26,105 nt of DNA from an uncultured Candidatus Saccharibacteria bacterium (GCA_964539465.1 CAZIIL010000001.1:1-26105), one strand, 5' to 3'. Shown: positions 7,630 through 16,704, counted from the stretch's first letter. A program made the numbers and translations. Notes: a model not told the origin generated them from the sequence alone.

Positions 7630-7893
7630 TTATGCTGATTTATTCAACATCTTTGTTATTCTGGACTTTTTTCTGGACGCATTGTTCTTTTTTATTACGC
7701 CCGTCTTGGCTGCCTTGTCCAGCGCCTTAGAATATTGAGGTAATATTTTTTTAGCTTCTTCAGTTTGTTTTTGAGAAGATAATCTATCAATTTTTTTAAA
7801 AAGATTTTTGATGGTTCTTTTCTTTCGTAAATTTCTAACTCTTCTTTTCTGGCTTTGACGAAGCGCTTTTTTTGCAGATTTTATGATTGGCAC
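7630..7893 (-). CDS. rpsT: 30S ribosomal protein S20
   Basis: MPIIKSAKKALRQS.KRR.RN ... LDKAAKTGVIKKNNASRKKSR; GTG start. Confidence 0.96.
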   Translation of the reverse strand: MPIIKSAKKALRQSQKRRVRNLRKKRTIKNLFKKIDRLSSQKQTEEAKKILPQYSKALDKAAKTGVIKKNNASRKKSRITKMLNKSA

Positions 7894-7991
7894 ATTATTT
7901 GGTTCGCCTTCCCCTATAATAGGTTCAGCTTATCTCTAATTAAACTTGAGATTTAGGGTTTAATAAGGTTAAGGATTTTATCTCTGAGATT

Positions 7992-8021
7992 ATAGTAGTA
8001 TATTTTTGCAGTTTTTGTCAA
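7992..8021 (-). promoter_or_regulatory. Sigma70 promoter candidate for rpsT-holA
   Basis: Minus strand TTGACA-18 nt-TACTAT, with an overlapping TATAAT. Confidence 0.45.
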
Positions 8022-8032
8022 TTTTTTAGGCA

Positions 8033-8108
8033 AAATAGGACCGATAGGCCGCAAGGCAAAGTTTCATTTTGCCTTGCGGGAGAGCGAGCAGATAAAATCT
8101 GCTCGCTC
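8033..8108 (+). repeat. Mosaic element between the divergent rpsT and ruvA genes
   Basis: ATAGGACCG-ATAGG, CCGCAAGGCAAAGTTTCATTTTGCCTTGCGG, GAGCGAGCAGAT-AAA-ATCTGCTCGCTC. Confidence 0.9.
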
Positions 8109-8225
8109 GAAATGTACAACATGGAAAGTTGCGCAAGAGGAGGGCTATCTTCCAGATATAATGTATAAAAGGAAATCGAGAATATGATATAATGTTTTAA
8201 TACTTAATAACCCCAACACTAATCT

Positions 8226-8786
8226 ATGATAGGTCATCTTAAGGGAGAAATCTTGTTAAAAGAAGACGCATCCTTAATTGTTGATGTTAATGGAGTAGGA
8301 TATAGGGTGCTTGTTTCTGGAGAAGGTTTAAAAAAAGCAGAGATAGGAGCGGCAATAGAAGTTTTTACCTGGCTTTACCTGAGGCGGGAGACCATAGACA
8401 TATATGGTTGTTTTACCTTGCATGAATTTGAACTTTTCAGATTTTTGGAGAAGATGCCGGGCATTGGGCCCAAGACAGCCCTCTCTTTGTCAGGTTTTGG
8501 CTCTATAGAAAAGCTAAAAGACGCAATTCAAAAGCAGGATACAGATTTCAATATCAGAGTCAAGGGTATAGGAAAAAAAAAGATACAGAGGGTGCTTTTA
8601 GAGCTCACTGGACAGATAAAAAAGGTAAAAAAGCAACATAATTCGCAGACAGAAGAGGCATTGGGCGCATTAATTTCACTTGGCTTCTCGTCAAATGAAG
8701 CCAAGAGAGCCCTATCGGAGATATCTAATGGGATTAAAGAACCAAAGCAAAGGGTCGCCGCAGCATTAAAGCTTTTAGGTAGGTAA
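8226..8786 (+). CDS. ruvA: Holliday junction branch migration protein RuvA
   Basis: MIGHLKG, IVDVNGVGYRV, LYLRRET..YG, GIGPKTAL, KGIGKK..QRVLLEL, ALISLGFS. Confidence 0.95.
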   Translation: MIGHLKGEILLKEDASLIVDVNGVGYRVLVSGEGLKKAEIGAAIEVFTWLYLRRETIDIYGCFTLHEFELFRFLEKMPGIGPKTALSLSGFGSIEKLKDAIQKQDTDFNIRVKGIGKKKIQRVLLELTGQIKKVKKQHNSQTEEALGALISLGFSSNEAKRALSEISNGIKEPKQRVAAALKLLGR

Positions 8787-8796
8787 CAAGAAAACA

Positions 8797-10113
8797 ATGG
8801 AGAACAAAGTGCTTTGCTTTTTTATTAATCAATATCATTTTTTGTGGGCTCTATTGGGCGCTATATTCTTTGGTTTTTTATCTTGTCTTCACAGATGCTT
8901 TAATAAGCGGGCAAAAAAGATAAAGATTATCGGAGTTACTGGGACAAGCGGCAAATCCACCGTGATTGATTTGACAGGCAATATATTAGAGGAAGCGGGC
9001 TACAGGGTTGCAACTCTGTCTTCAATCAAATTCAAGATTGGCAACCAAGAGCAGAAGAACAAAATGAGAATGACAATGCCCGGTCGGGCTGTTATTCAGA
9101 GATTTCTTTGGCAGGCAATGAGGGCTGGTTGTGAATATGCCATATTAGAGATTACATCCGAGGGAATCTTGCAGCACAGGCATAGATTCATTGATTTTAA
9201 TGCAGCGGTTTTTACCAATCTAAGTCCTGAGCATATTGAACGCCATGGCTCATTTGAGAACTACAGAGAAGCAAAAGCAAGGTTTTTTAGAGCAGTGAAA
9301 AAGACACATATAATCAATTTAGACGATAAGAATGCTGATTATTTTTTGCAATTTTCAGCAGGCAGGAAATATCTTTATAATCTCAAATCTGAATCGTCAA
9401 TCGCCAATGGTGAAATTACTGCAGAGGGCGCGGCAGTTTCAAGTTCCGGAGTAAGTTTTTCTGTAAGAGGTGTTAAGTTTAATCTGAAATTATTAGGCAG
9501 ATTTAATATCTATAATGCTCTTGCTGCAATATGTGTCGGTCTTTCTCAAGGCATTGATTTGGAAACTTGTAAAAAAGGATTAGAAAAGATAAGGGGCGTC
9601 TCGGGGAGGATGGAGTTGATCATTTCTAAGCCCTTTAGGATTTTTGTTGATTACGCCATTACCCCCAACGCATTAGAGCAGGTTTATCAAACAATTAGAC
9701 AGAACTTTCTCTCTATGGATTCTCTAAATGCACAGGGCGGGAAAATGATTTGTGTTTTTGGTTCTTGCGGCGGGGGAAGGGATAAGTGGAAGAGGCCGGT
9801 TATAGGAAGATTGGCGGCTCAATATTGCGACAAGGTGATTCTTACTAACGAAGACCCTTATGGCGAAGACCCAGAGCAGATTTTATTGGAAATAAAATCT
9901 GGAATTCCGAACGAAAAAATGCCGATAGTAAGCTTGATTTTAGACAGGCGAGCAGCTATTAAGAAAGCGCTTGATTTAGCTCGAGAAAACGACACTGTTA
10001 TTATTACTGGCAAGGGTTGCGAGCCCTCTATGTGCTTGGCAAAAGGGAAACAGATAGCATGGGACGACAGGCAAGTGGTGAGAGAAGAATTTGAGAAATT
10101 GACTAAGAGATAA
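8797..10113 (+). CDS. murE: Mur ligase, MurE-like (UDP-N-acetylmuramyl-tripeptide synthetase family)
   Basis: IGVTGTSGKST, LEITSEG, FTNLSPEHIERHG, Y.EAK, GRFNIYNALAA, VSGRME, FGSCGGGRDKWKRP, TNEDPY, IITGKG. Confidence 0.8.
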   Translation: MENKVLCFFINQYHFLWALLGAIFFGFLSCLHRCFNKRAKKIKIIGVTGTSGKSTVIDLTGNILEEAGYRVATLSSIKFKIGNQEQKNKMRMTMPGRAVIQRFLWQAMRAGCEYAILEITSEGILQHRHRFIDFNAAVFTNLSPEHIERHGSFENYREAKARFFRAVKKTHIINLDDKNADYFLQFSAGRKYLYNLKSESSIANGEITAEGAAVSSSGVSFSVRGVKFNLKLLGRFNIYNALAAICVGLSQGIDLETCKKGLEKIRGVSGRMELIISKPFRIFVDYAITPNALEQVYQTIRQNFLSMDSLNAQGGKMICVFGSCGGGRDKWKRPVIGRLAAQYCDKVILTNEDPYGEDPEQILLEIKSGIPNEKMPIVSLILDRRAAIKKALDLARENDTVIITGKGCEPSMCLAKGKQIAWDDRQVVREEFEKLTKR

Positions 10114-10222
10114 TAGGACGAATAGGACCAATACGCTGCAAGGCAAAGTGAAACTTTGCCTTGCGGGGAGGCGGGCTGGCAAAGCCAGCCCGCCCAGCGA
10201 AGCTTCGCTCCGCAGAAAAAGC
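10112..10222 (+). repeat. Mosaic element between murE and archease
   Basis: ATAGGACGA-ATAGGACCA-ATACGC, GCAAGGCAAAGTGAAACTTTGCCTTGC, GCGGGCTGGC-AAA-GCCAGCCCGC, GCGAAGCTTCGCTCCGC. Confidence 0.92.
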
Positions 10223-10227
10223 GAAAT

Positions 10228-10632
10228 ATGAAGAATTTTGAGATTTTAGAACATAGCGCAGACCTGAAGATTAGGGCTTTTGGCAGCGATAAAGAGCAGC
10301 TTTTTTGGAATATGATGCGGGGAATGCAGGCGAGCTTGCGGTCTAACCCAAGCGAACAGAAAACAGAAACAAAAATAATGGTTCAATCCGAAGACCTGCT
10401 ATCTTTATTAGTTGATTTTTTATCAGAAATTAATTATCTAAACGAGATTAATCAAGAGGTTTATTACAGAATAAAGTTTGATAAATTCTCCGACACCGAG
10501 TTAGAAGCTGAACTTTCTGGCTACAAGGTCAAAAGGTTTGGGTTGCAAATCAAGGGAGTTACCTTTCATGATTTAGATGTGAGCCAGAAACAAGATGGGC
10601 AATGGGAGGCAACGGTTTTGTTTGATATATAA
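10228..10632 (+). CDS. Archease
   Basis: FEILEHSADL.IRAFG, LLVDFLSE, IKGVTFH, C-terminal LFDI; immediately upstream of rtcB. Start moved to ATG 10228. Confidence 0.92.
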   Translation: MKNFEILEHSADLKIRAFGSDKEQLFWNMMRGMQASLRSNPSEQKTETKIMVQSEDLLSLLVDFLSEINYLNEINQEVYYRIKFDKFSDTELEAELSGYKVKRFGLQIKGVTFHDLDVSQKQDGQWEATVLFDI

Positions 10633-10636
10633 AATT

Positions 10637-13588
10637 ATGGGGAAAAAGATATTTAAAAAAATTAATGATTATCTGTGGGAGATTCCGGCAAGCCACCGTA
10701 GGTTTATGAGGGTTCCAGCGCGGATTTATGCTTCTGAGAAAATATTAGAAGATGTGGAACCCGATGCCTTGGAGCAATTAATCAATGTTGCGTCTTTGCC
10801 TGGAATTGTCAAATATTCTTTTGCTATGCCAGACATTCATACCGGCTATGGTTTTGTTATTGGCGGCGTGGCGGCTACAAAACTTCCAGAAGGCGTGATT
10901 TCTCCCGGCGGTATCGGTTTTGACCAGAATTGCACCGTTCCCAACACAAGAGTTTTATCAAGCATGGGTTTTTACTTACCCATTAAGGACCTAGAAAAAA
11001 ACAAAACGAAAGTAAGATTTGTTGATATTGATAAGAATAATTTAGGAACTTCAGAGGTTATCCGTTTCATAAAGCAGTATAATAATCCAAGTATCTATAA
11101 GATAACTACAGAATCAGGGGAAGAATTAGAAGTTACAAAGGATCATCCCATTCAAACGGAGAGTGGCATGAAGGAGGTTAGAAATGTTAAAAATGGGGAG
11201 AAAGTATTAATTTATCCCTTCAAAGGAGTGGAATTCCAATATCCTGTTTCAGATGTTATTTTGAATGAGGAAAAATTTAGAAAAATTCTGAAAAAATTCA
11301 ATAAAACTGAGAAAGGAAATGCTATTCTGCAAATTTTAAATTATATTAAATTCCGAGGGTTTTTGCCCTTGAGATATAATTCTCCTTCCTTACCTCATAT
11401 TTTAAAAATAATGGGGTTTATTTTTGGCGATGGGGCTGTGACAATTAATAAAGACGGAAAGGGAACCGTACAGTTTTATGGGAAAAAGGAGGACTTGGAA
11501 CAAATCCGTGAAGATGTAAAAAGAATTGGCCTTGTGCCCTCGAGAATATATTCCCGAGAAAGAAACCATTCTATTACTAATTTTTATGGCAAGCAGGAAT
11601 TTACGACAACCGAGCAACACTTTAAGGTAACTACCACTGCCTTCGCACTTTACTTGGTGGCTCTCGGGACACCCTATGGCCTTAAAGCGCATCAGGAATA
11701 TAGAGTTCCAGAATGGATTTTCAATTGTCCATTATGGCAAAAGAGATTGTTTTTAGCATCTTTTTTCGGAGCTGAACTTTCAAAGCCTTCAACCTCTAAT
11801 AATAAGTATAATCTTCATGCACTACAGTTTAGTGTAAGCAAGAAAGTAGAGTTGAAAGAAAATGCAAAAATGTTTTTAGAAGATATTAAAAGACTTTTAA
11901 GCGGTTTTGAGATCGGAAGTTCGCCTATTCAAGAAGTCCCTGGTTATCAATATAATGGTAAACTCGGGAAGACAACTGCTTTTAGGCTACATATTAATGG
12001 AAATAGTGAAAATCTTATAAGATTTTTTGAGTCAATTAGCTATGAATATAATCAAGAAAGACAAAGAGAGGCTTGTTTAGCGGCCAGTTACTTAAAAAGG
12101 AAATTGAGAATAGTAGAAATTAGGACTAAGACAAGGGACAGGGCATTTGAGCTTTATAAACAGGGAGAAAAAATAAAAAATATCATTAAAAGCCTTTCCA
12201 GCAGATATGCTCCTCCTCAATTTATTAAACACTCGTTTTTCAAGAGTAAAAGAGGAAAACCAAGAATCTCTTTTGATTTTCTATCCTTTGAAGAATACAA
12301 GAAGAAATATGCTTTTGGGGAGAGTGGTTTGGTTTGGGAGAAAATTGAAAAGATAGAAGAGATTCCATACTCAGGTTCTGTTTTTGACATTACTATCAAT
12401 GATATAAATCATAACTTTATTGCTAATAACTTTGTTGTTTCAAATTGCGGGATTCGTGTTCTGAAAACAGAATACAAGAAAGAGGAAATTATGCCTTTTA
12501 TTGATAGATTGGCAACAGAAATGCAGAGACGGGTTCCGTCTGGATTAGGCAGAGGACATAAAACAAAGTTAAGCGTAGCGCAGATAGACAAAGTATTGAA
12601 AAATGGTGTTTCCTATCTTGTGAGCCAAGGATATGGCGACGAGCAAGATATAGAAAATTGCGAGGCAAGAGGCAAGATGGAGCAGGCAGATGTAGCTACG
12701 GTTTCAGAAAGAGCTAAAAATAGAGGCAGGAACCAATTGGGTACATTGGGCAGCGGCAACCATTTTCTTGAAGTCCAAAAAGTTGAGGAAATTTTTGACG
12801 AACAAACAGCCAAAGTTTTTGGGCTTTTTGAGAATCAAGTAGTAGTAATGATTCATACGGGTTCCAGAGGGTTAGGGCATCAAAATTGTACTGATTATTT
12901 GAGGATTGTAATGAAAGCAATGCCGAAGTATGGGATAAGCCTGCCGGATAAGGAATTGGCGTGTGTTCCATTTAATTCTTCTGAGGGGCAGAGATTTTTT
13001 GGGGCTATGTCGGCTGCTGCTAACTTTGCGTGGGGAAATCGACATATGATAAGCCATTATGTCAGGAGAGCGTGGCAGGATGTTTTGGGCAAGGAAGCAA
13101 AGCTTGACTTGCTTTATGATGTTGCCCATAACATTGCTAAGGTTGAAGAGCATATAATTGATGGCAAGAAAATGAAATTATGTGTTCATCGCAAAGGCGC
13201 GACAAGGGCTTTCCCGCCAGGGCATTTGGAGATTCCAGCGCAATATAGGACTGTTGGCCAGCCGGTTTTAATTCCTGGTTCTATGGGAACTGCTTCTTAT
13301 ATTTTAGCCGGAACAGAACAAGGCAGCCCATCTTTTTTCTCAACCTGCCACGGCGCTGGCAGAAGGATGTCGCGAACCAGAGCAAGAAAAACTATTTCAG
13401 GGGAACAAGTTATTGAGGAGTTGAAAAGAAAAGGAATCTTGGTAAGATGTTATTCAGTAAGGGGTATTGCCGAAGAAGCGCCTCTTTCTTATAAAGATGT
13501 TGATAATGTGGTTGAGGTTGTGCATCAGGCAGGCCTGGCAAAAAAAGTAGCGAGGTTGGTGCCCTTGGCTGTTATTAAAGGAGAATAA
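10637..13588 (+). CDS. rtcB: RNA-splicing/repair ligase RtcB, intein-containing (478-aa extein)
   Basis: MPDIHTGYG, GGIGFDQN|CGIR, GSGNHFLE, HTGSRG, HNIAK, HRKGATRA, STCHGAGR. Confidence 0.96.
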   Translation: MGKKIFKKINDYLWEIPASHRRFMRVPARIYASEKILEDVEPDALEQLINVASLPGIVKYSFAMPDIHTGYGFVIGGVAATKLPEGVISPGGIGFDQNCTVPNTRVLSSMGFYLPIKDLEKNKTKVRFVDIDKNNLGTSEVIRFIKQYNNPSIYKITTESGEELEVTKDHPIQTESGMKEVRNVKNGEKVLIYPFKGVEFQYPVSDVILNEEKFRKILKKFNKTEKGNAILQILNYIKFRGFLPLRYNSPSLPHILKIMGFIFGDGAVTINKDGKGTVQFYGKKEDLEQIREDVKRIGLVPSRIYSRERNHSITNFYGKQEFTTTEQHFKVTTTAFALYLVALGTPYGLKAHQEYRVPEWIFNCPLWQKRLFLASFFGAELSKPSTSNNKYNLHALQFSVSKKVELKENAKMFLEDIKRLLSGFEIGSSPIQEVPGYQYNGKLGKTTAFRLHINGNSENLIRFFESISYEYNQERQREACLAASYLKRKLRIVEIRTKTRDRAFELYKQGEKIKNIIKSLSSRYAPPQFIKHSFFKSKRGKPRISFDFLSFEEYKKKYAFGESGLVWEKIEKIEEIPYSGSVFDITINDINHNFIANNFVVSNCGIRVLKTEYKKEEIMPFIDRLATEMQRRVPSGLGRGHKTKLSVAQIDKVLKNGVSYLVSQGYGDEQDIENCEARGKMEQADVATVSERAKNRGRNQLGTLGSGNHFLEVQKVEEIFDEQTAKVFGLFENQVVVMIHTGSRGLGHQNCTDYLRIVMKAMPKYGISLPDKELACVPFNSSEGQRFFGAMSAAANFAWGNRHMISHYVRRAWQDVLGKEAKLDLLYDVAHNIAKVEEHIIDGKKMKLCVHRKGATRAFPPGHLEIPAQYRTVGQPVLIPGSMGTASYILAGTEQGSPSFFSTCHGAGRRMSRTRARKTISGEQVIEELKRKGILVRCYSVRGIAEEAPLSYKDVDNVVEVVHQAGLAKKVARLVPLAVIKGE
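10931..12445 (+). mobile_element. Intein with LAGLIDADG homing endonuclease (505 aa)
   Basis: N-terminal Cys (CTVPNTRV), block B (TKDHPI), block C IMGFIFGDG, block E FLASFFGAEL, C-terminus FDITI..NHNFIANNFVVSN followed by Cys+1. Confidence 0.93.
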
Positions 13589-13593
13589 TTGAT

Positions 13594-13715
13594 AATCTCA
13601 AAACTCAAATCTCAAAACTCAAAACCACAACCTTAAATGTCAAAATTAATAGATAAAGGAATAAAAATTTAAGGTTTTAAGATATCCCTACCTGCCTACC
13701 GGCAGGCAGGCAGGG
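13594..13715. repeat. Heptamer tandem array with partial inverted copy, plus a short palindrome
   Basis: Seven 7-mers from 13596 (TCTCAAA ACTCAAA TCTCAAA ACTCAAA ACCACAA CCTTAAA TGTCAAA), then TTTAAGGTTTTAAGAT and CCTGCC-TACC-GGCAGG. Confidence 0.75.
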
Positions 13716-13801
13716 ACTTAATTTTTAACTAATGTCTAACAATCTTTGCTTATCAAAGACGATGGGCTTGAGGTGGACTCTCATTAATTTATTTTCGACT
13801 T

Positions 13802-13948
13802 ATGAAGAAAAAACTTCCCAGATCCATACGCAAATATATCAGAAAGGAAAAAGCCCGGATTCGTCGGGAGGTTTTAGATTTAGAGGAGAGAAAGACATTA
13901 ATAGGCCAACTTTATAATAAATTTCTAAAACAAAATAAAGAGAAATGA
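13802..13948 (+). CDS. Small basic hypothetical protein, 48 aa (absent from the ORF track)
   Basis: MKKKLPRSIRKYIRKEKARIRREVLDLEERKTLIGQLYNKFLKQNKEK; its TGA overlaps the next ATG (ATGA). Confidence 0.65.
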   Translation: MKKKLPRSIRKYIRKEKARIRREVLDLEERKTLIGQLYNKFLKQNKEK

Positions 13949-14892
13949 AGATTCAAGAAATATACAATTTAGCTCTTCAAATGGGCAAGGAGAGCGATTT
14001 CCGAGGAGCCGAGAGTATAGAAAAAATGCTAAAGAGACGAAGAGAATTGTTCGATAAACTGCCAGAAGAAAAGAAAAAGGATTTTGATAGAGATGATCTG
14101 ATTAACCCTTTCCCCGACTCAAGGGTTCTCAATGTGTCAGAAGATAAAGAAATAAAAAAGATTATGTTCGGCATTGACATTGCTCCAGCCGAACTCTTAA
14201 TGGCAAAGGAGATTGAAGGCATTGACCTAGTTATATCTCATCATCCTTTGGGAAAAGGATTAGCCAAATTATGGAGTGTGATGCAGCTTCAATGCGATGT
14301 CTTAGCTTATTATGGCGTGCCCATAAACATTGCCGAGGGTTTGATGACAGAAAGGATATCAGAGGTGGCTCGCGGGATTAATGCAATTAACCACCAAAGG
14401 ACAGTAATGGCTGCCGAACTATTGGGCTTTAATCTAATGTGCCTGCATACTATTTGCGATAATTTAGCCGCCAGATTCTTAAGAGAAAATATTGAGTCGG
14501 CAAAACCAGAAAGAGTTGGGGACATTATTGATTTACTCAAAAAACTCCCTGAATATCAAAAAGCGGTAAGCATTGGGGCGGGGCCAAAAATATTTGTCGG
14601 CAGTAGAGAGAACAGATGCGGCAAGATTGCCCTGACAGAGATTACTGGCGGCACCGAGGGCTCATCTAAGATTTATCAGAAAATAGCTCAAGCAGGTATT
14701 GGTACGGTGATAGGAATGCATATGAGCAAGGAGCATTATGAAGAAGCCAAGACAGCTTTCATTAATGTAGTGATTGCTGGGCATATGTCTTCTGATTCCT
14801 TGGGAATAAATATATTCTTAGATGAGTTGGAGAAAAGAGGAATTGAAATTGTCCCCTGTTCTGGTTTAACTCGTGTGTCGCGGGTGAAGTAG
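13945..14892 (+). CDS. NIF3/YqfO-like dinuclear metal-centre protein
   Basis: KKIMFGID, DLVISHHP, MCLHTICDN, IGTVIGMH, IAGHMSSDSLG. Confidence 0.8.
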   Translation: MKIQEIYNLALQMGKESDFRGAESIEKMLKRRRELFDKLPEEKKKDFDRDDLINPFPDSRVLNVSEDKEIKKIMFGIDIAPAELLMAKEIEGIDLVISHHPLGKGLAKLWSVMQLQCDVLAYYGVPINIAEGLMTERISEVARGINAINHQRTVMAAELLGFNLMCLHTICDNLAARFLRENIESAKPERVGDIIDLLKKLPEYQKAVSIGAGPKIFVGSRENRCGKIALTEITGGTEGSSKIYQKIAQAGIGTVIGMHMSKEHYEEAKTAFINVVIAGHMSSDSLGINIFLDELEKRGIEIVPCSGLTRVSRVK

Positions 14893-14897
14893 AACGT

Positions 14898-15072
14898 ATA
14901 GGACCAATAGGACCAATACGCCCGCCGAAGAGGCGGGGGAAGAGCAAGCAGATTTTATCTGCTTGCTCTGCGGAGCTCCGCTCCGCAGGGAAAAGAGCAA
15001 AGCTTCGCTTTGCAGGAAAAAACTGTGGAAAATCTGTGCATAAAGTGTTCGATGCCGGGCATTGAACACTTT
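14898..15072 (+). repeat. Mosaic element with paired DnaA-box-like motifs and a long palindrome
   Basis: ATAGGACCA x2-ATACGC, CCGCCGAAGAGGCGG, AGAGCAAGCAGAT-TTT-ATCTGCTTGCTCT, GCGGAGCTCCGCTCCGC, GCAAAGCTTCGCTTTGC, TGTGGAAAA-TC-TGTGCATAA, AAAGTGTTCGATGCC-G-GGCATTGAACACTTT. Confidence 0.92.
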
Positions 15073-15083
15073 TGAGAAGCTAT

Positions 15084-16700
15084 TTAGAGGTTTTTTACCA
15101 TATAGGTGTTTTTGAGCCGATAGCCCAATTTGCGATAATAATCTCTGACTCCGATACCAGCAATCACGGATATTTTTTTCAAGCCGAACTCATCCTTTGC
15201 AATACTTTCTGCGCTTTTGATTAATTGCTTTCCCAAGCCCTTATGCTGTGGTGAAATCATGGAGTCCTGTCCTCTGTGGTTTGTTTTTAAGGAAAGTTGT
15301 GGCCCAAAGGTTTGGATTTCACGAATAATAGCAGTACGAGAAGTGTTCTCGCATTGAATTCGCAATCTGAGTAAACTGAAAAGCTTTGTTCTCTCTTTGT
15401 TTTCAAAACTAAGAAAAATCTCTTTGCCGCCAGATGCCTCATAATCTTCGCGAAAAAGATTAATTTTTTCTTGGGGGCAATATCTTGCTCTTACCTCGCG
15501 GCAGCGGATGCAATGACATCTCTTGTTCTGCTTTTTTAATTCCAGCGCTACAACCTCTCTTAGATTTGAAGCCCTACAGCCGGCAATGATACTATATGAA
15601 GGAATATCACGGAATATTCTTGCAACCCTAACCCAATAAGGCAGATGTGTTTTGATTGTAATCAATAGTTTAACCAGTTGTTTGCAAGAGTATGGTTTAT
15701 ATCCACCCCCTTTCCACACATTCAAGAGTTTTGTTTTCGGGCAGACAACACAGGGGTAAATTTTGAGCCAATCAGGCCTGAATCTTGCGTCGTTGAAAAG
15801 AATTTGAAAGCATTCTAAATCCCTGCTTAGATTAGAGCCGGGCAGATTGGGCATTATTTGGTAAAGAACCTTAAATCCAGCATTCTTTAGTATTTGGGTG
15901 GCTTGGCTAATCTTTTGGACAGCCATTCCTGTGCGGCATTTTTTCAGAATATCGTCAAAGACGGTTTGAACTCCTAACTCTACCAGTGTTACGCCCAATT
16001 TTCTCAACCGTAAGACCTCTTTTCTATCAATAAAATCAGGTCTAGTTTCAATAGATAAGCCGACAATTCTATTCCTGGCTGTTTCATTTTTCTTTTGAAC
16101 TTTTCCCAGCAGAACAAGTCCCTTTTTATTAGGGACACGTTTCGTTTTAACATGCCCTATTTTAAACTCATTAGCCGCTTGGAAGCAGCGCTTAATAAAC
16201 CATGTCTGATATTGCTTTGGATAAAAGGACCATGTTCCGCCAACAATTCTTAATTCGATTTTATCAATAGGATGACCCTGATAATTCAATGACTCTAATC
16301 TCTTCTGAACCTGAAGATAGGGATCGAAGCCGAGGGCCTTTGCCCTGTCAGCAGCTGGTTCGCCGCTGACATAACTCTTAGGAAATCCTTTTTCGGTTGG
16401 ACAGTAGATACATTGGCCAGGGCAGGGGTATGGCTTGGTTAAGACAGAGATATTGACAATGCCAGACAAGGAGCGGATGGGCCGGGTTATCAAGAGATTC
16501 TCAATAATTTTTGACTTCCTGATTGTTTTATTTTTTACTAATCTATGATAGATTTTTAGCAAGTCGACATTAGACGGAAAAGATGTCCCAAATTCTTTTG
16601 CAAATCTGCGCTTTGTCTTTTCTAAATTCTCCCGACTACCGATGTTGTGGTCAGCGAGATACTTAACGAGTAGCTTCTTTTGCTTTTTATGCTCTATCAT
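15084..16700 (-). CDS. elp3: Elp3-family tRNA uridine(34) acetyltransferase (radical SAM + GNAT)
   Basis: RSLSGI..ISVLTKPYPCPGQCIYCP, PKSYVSGEPA, GGTW, ETRPD, VELGVQ, MPNLPG, LKIYP, CIRCRE, QHKGLG, VIAGIGVRDYYRKLGY. Confidence 0.93.
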   Translation of the reverse strand: MIEHKKQKKLLVKYLADHNIGSRENLEKTKRRFAKEFGTSFPSNVDLLKIYHRLVKNKTIRKSKIIENLLITRPIRSLSGIVNISVLTKPYPCPGQCIYCPTEKGFPKSYVSGEPAADRAKALGFDPYLQVQKRLESLNYQGHPIDKIELRIVGGTWSFYPKQYQTWFIKRCFQAANEFKIGHVKTKRVPNKKGLVLLGKVQKKNETARNRIVGLSIETRPDFIDRKEVLRLRKLGVTLVELGVQTVFDDILKKCRTGMAVQKISQATQILKNAGFKVLYQIMPNLPGSNLSRDLECFQILFNDARFRPDWLKIYPCVVCPKTKLLNVWKGGGYKPYSCKQLVKLLITIKTHLPYWVRVARIFRDIPSYSIIAGCRASNLREVVALELKKQNKRCHCIRCREVRARYCPQEKINLFREDYEASGGKEIFLSFENKERTKLFSLLRLRIQCENTSRTAIIREIQTFGPQLSLKTNHRGQDSMISPQHKGLGKQLIKSAESIAKDEFGLKKISVIAGIGVRDYYRKLGYRLKNTYMVKNL

Positions 16701-16704
16701 TTAA

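Noticed and set aside
10156-10227. N-terminal extension of archease; likewise starts at 2351, 10595, 18456 and 22043
   Set aside because: Extensions are repeat-derived or overlap upstream genes; downstream ATGs fit family N-termini or an SD.
13732-13917. 61-aa ORF from the track
   Set aside because: Overlaps the better-supported 48-aa ORF, which is coupled to the next gene.
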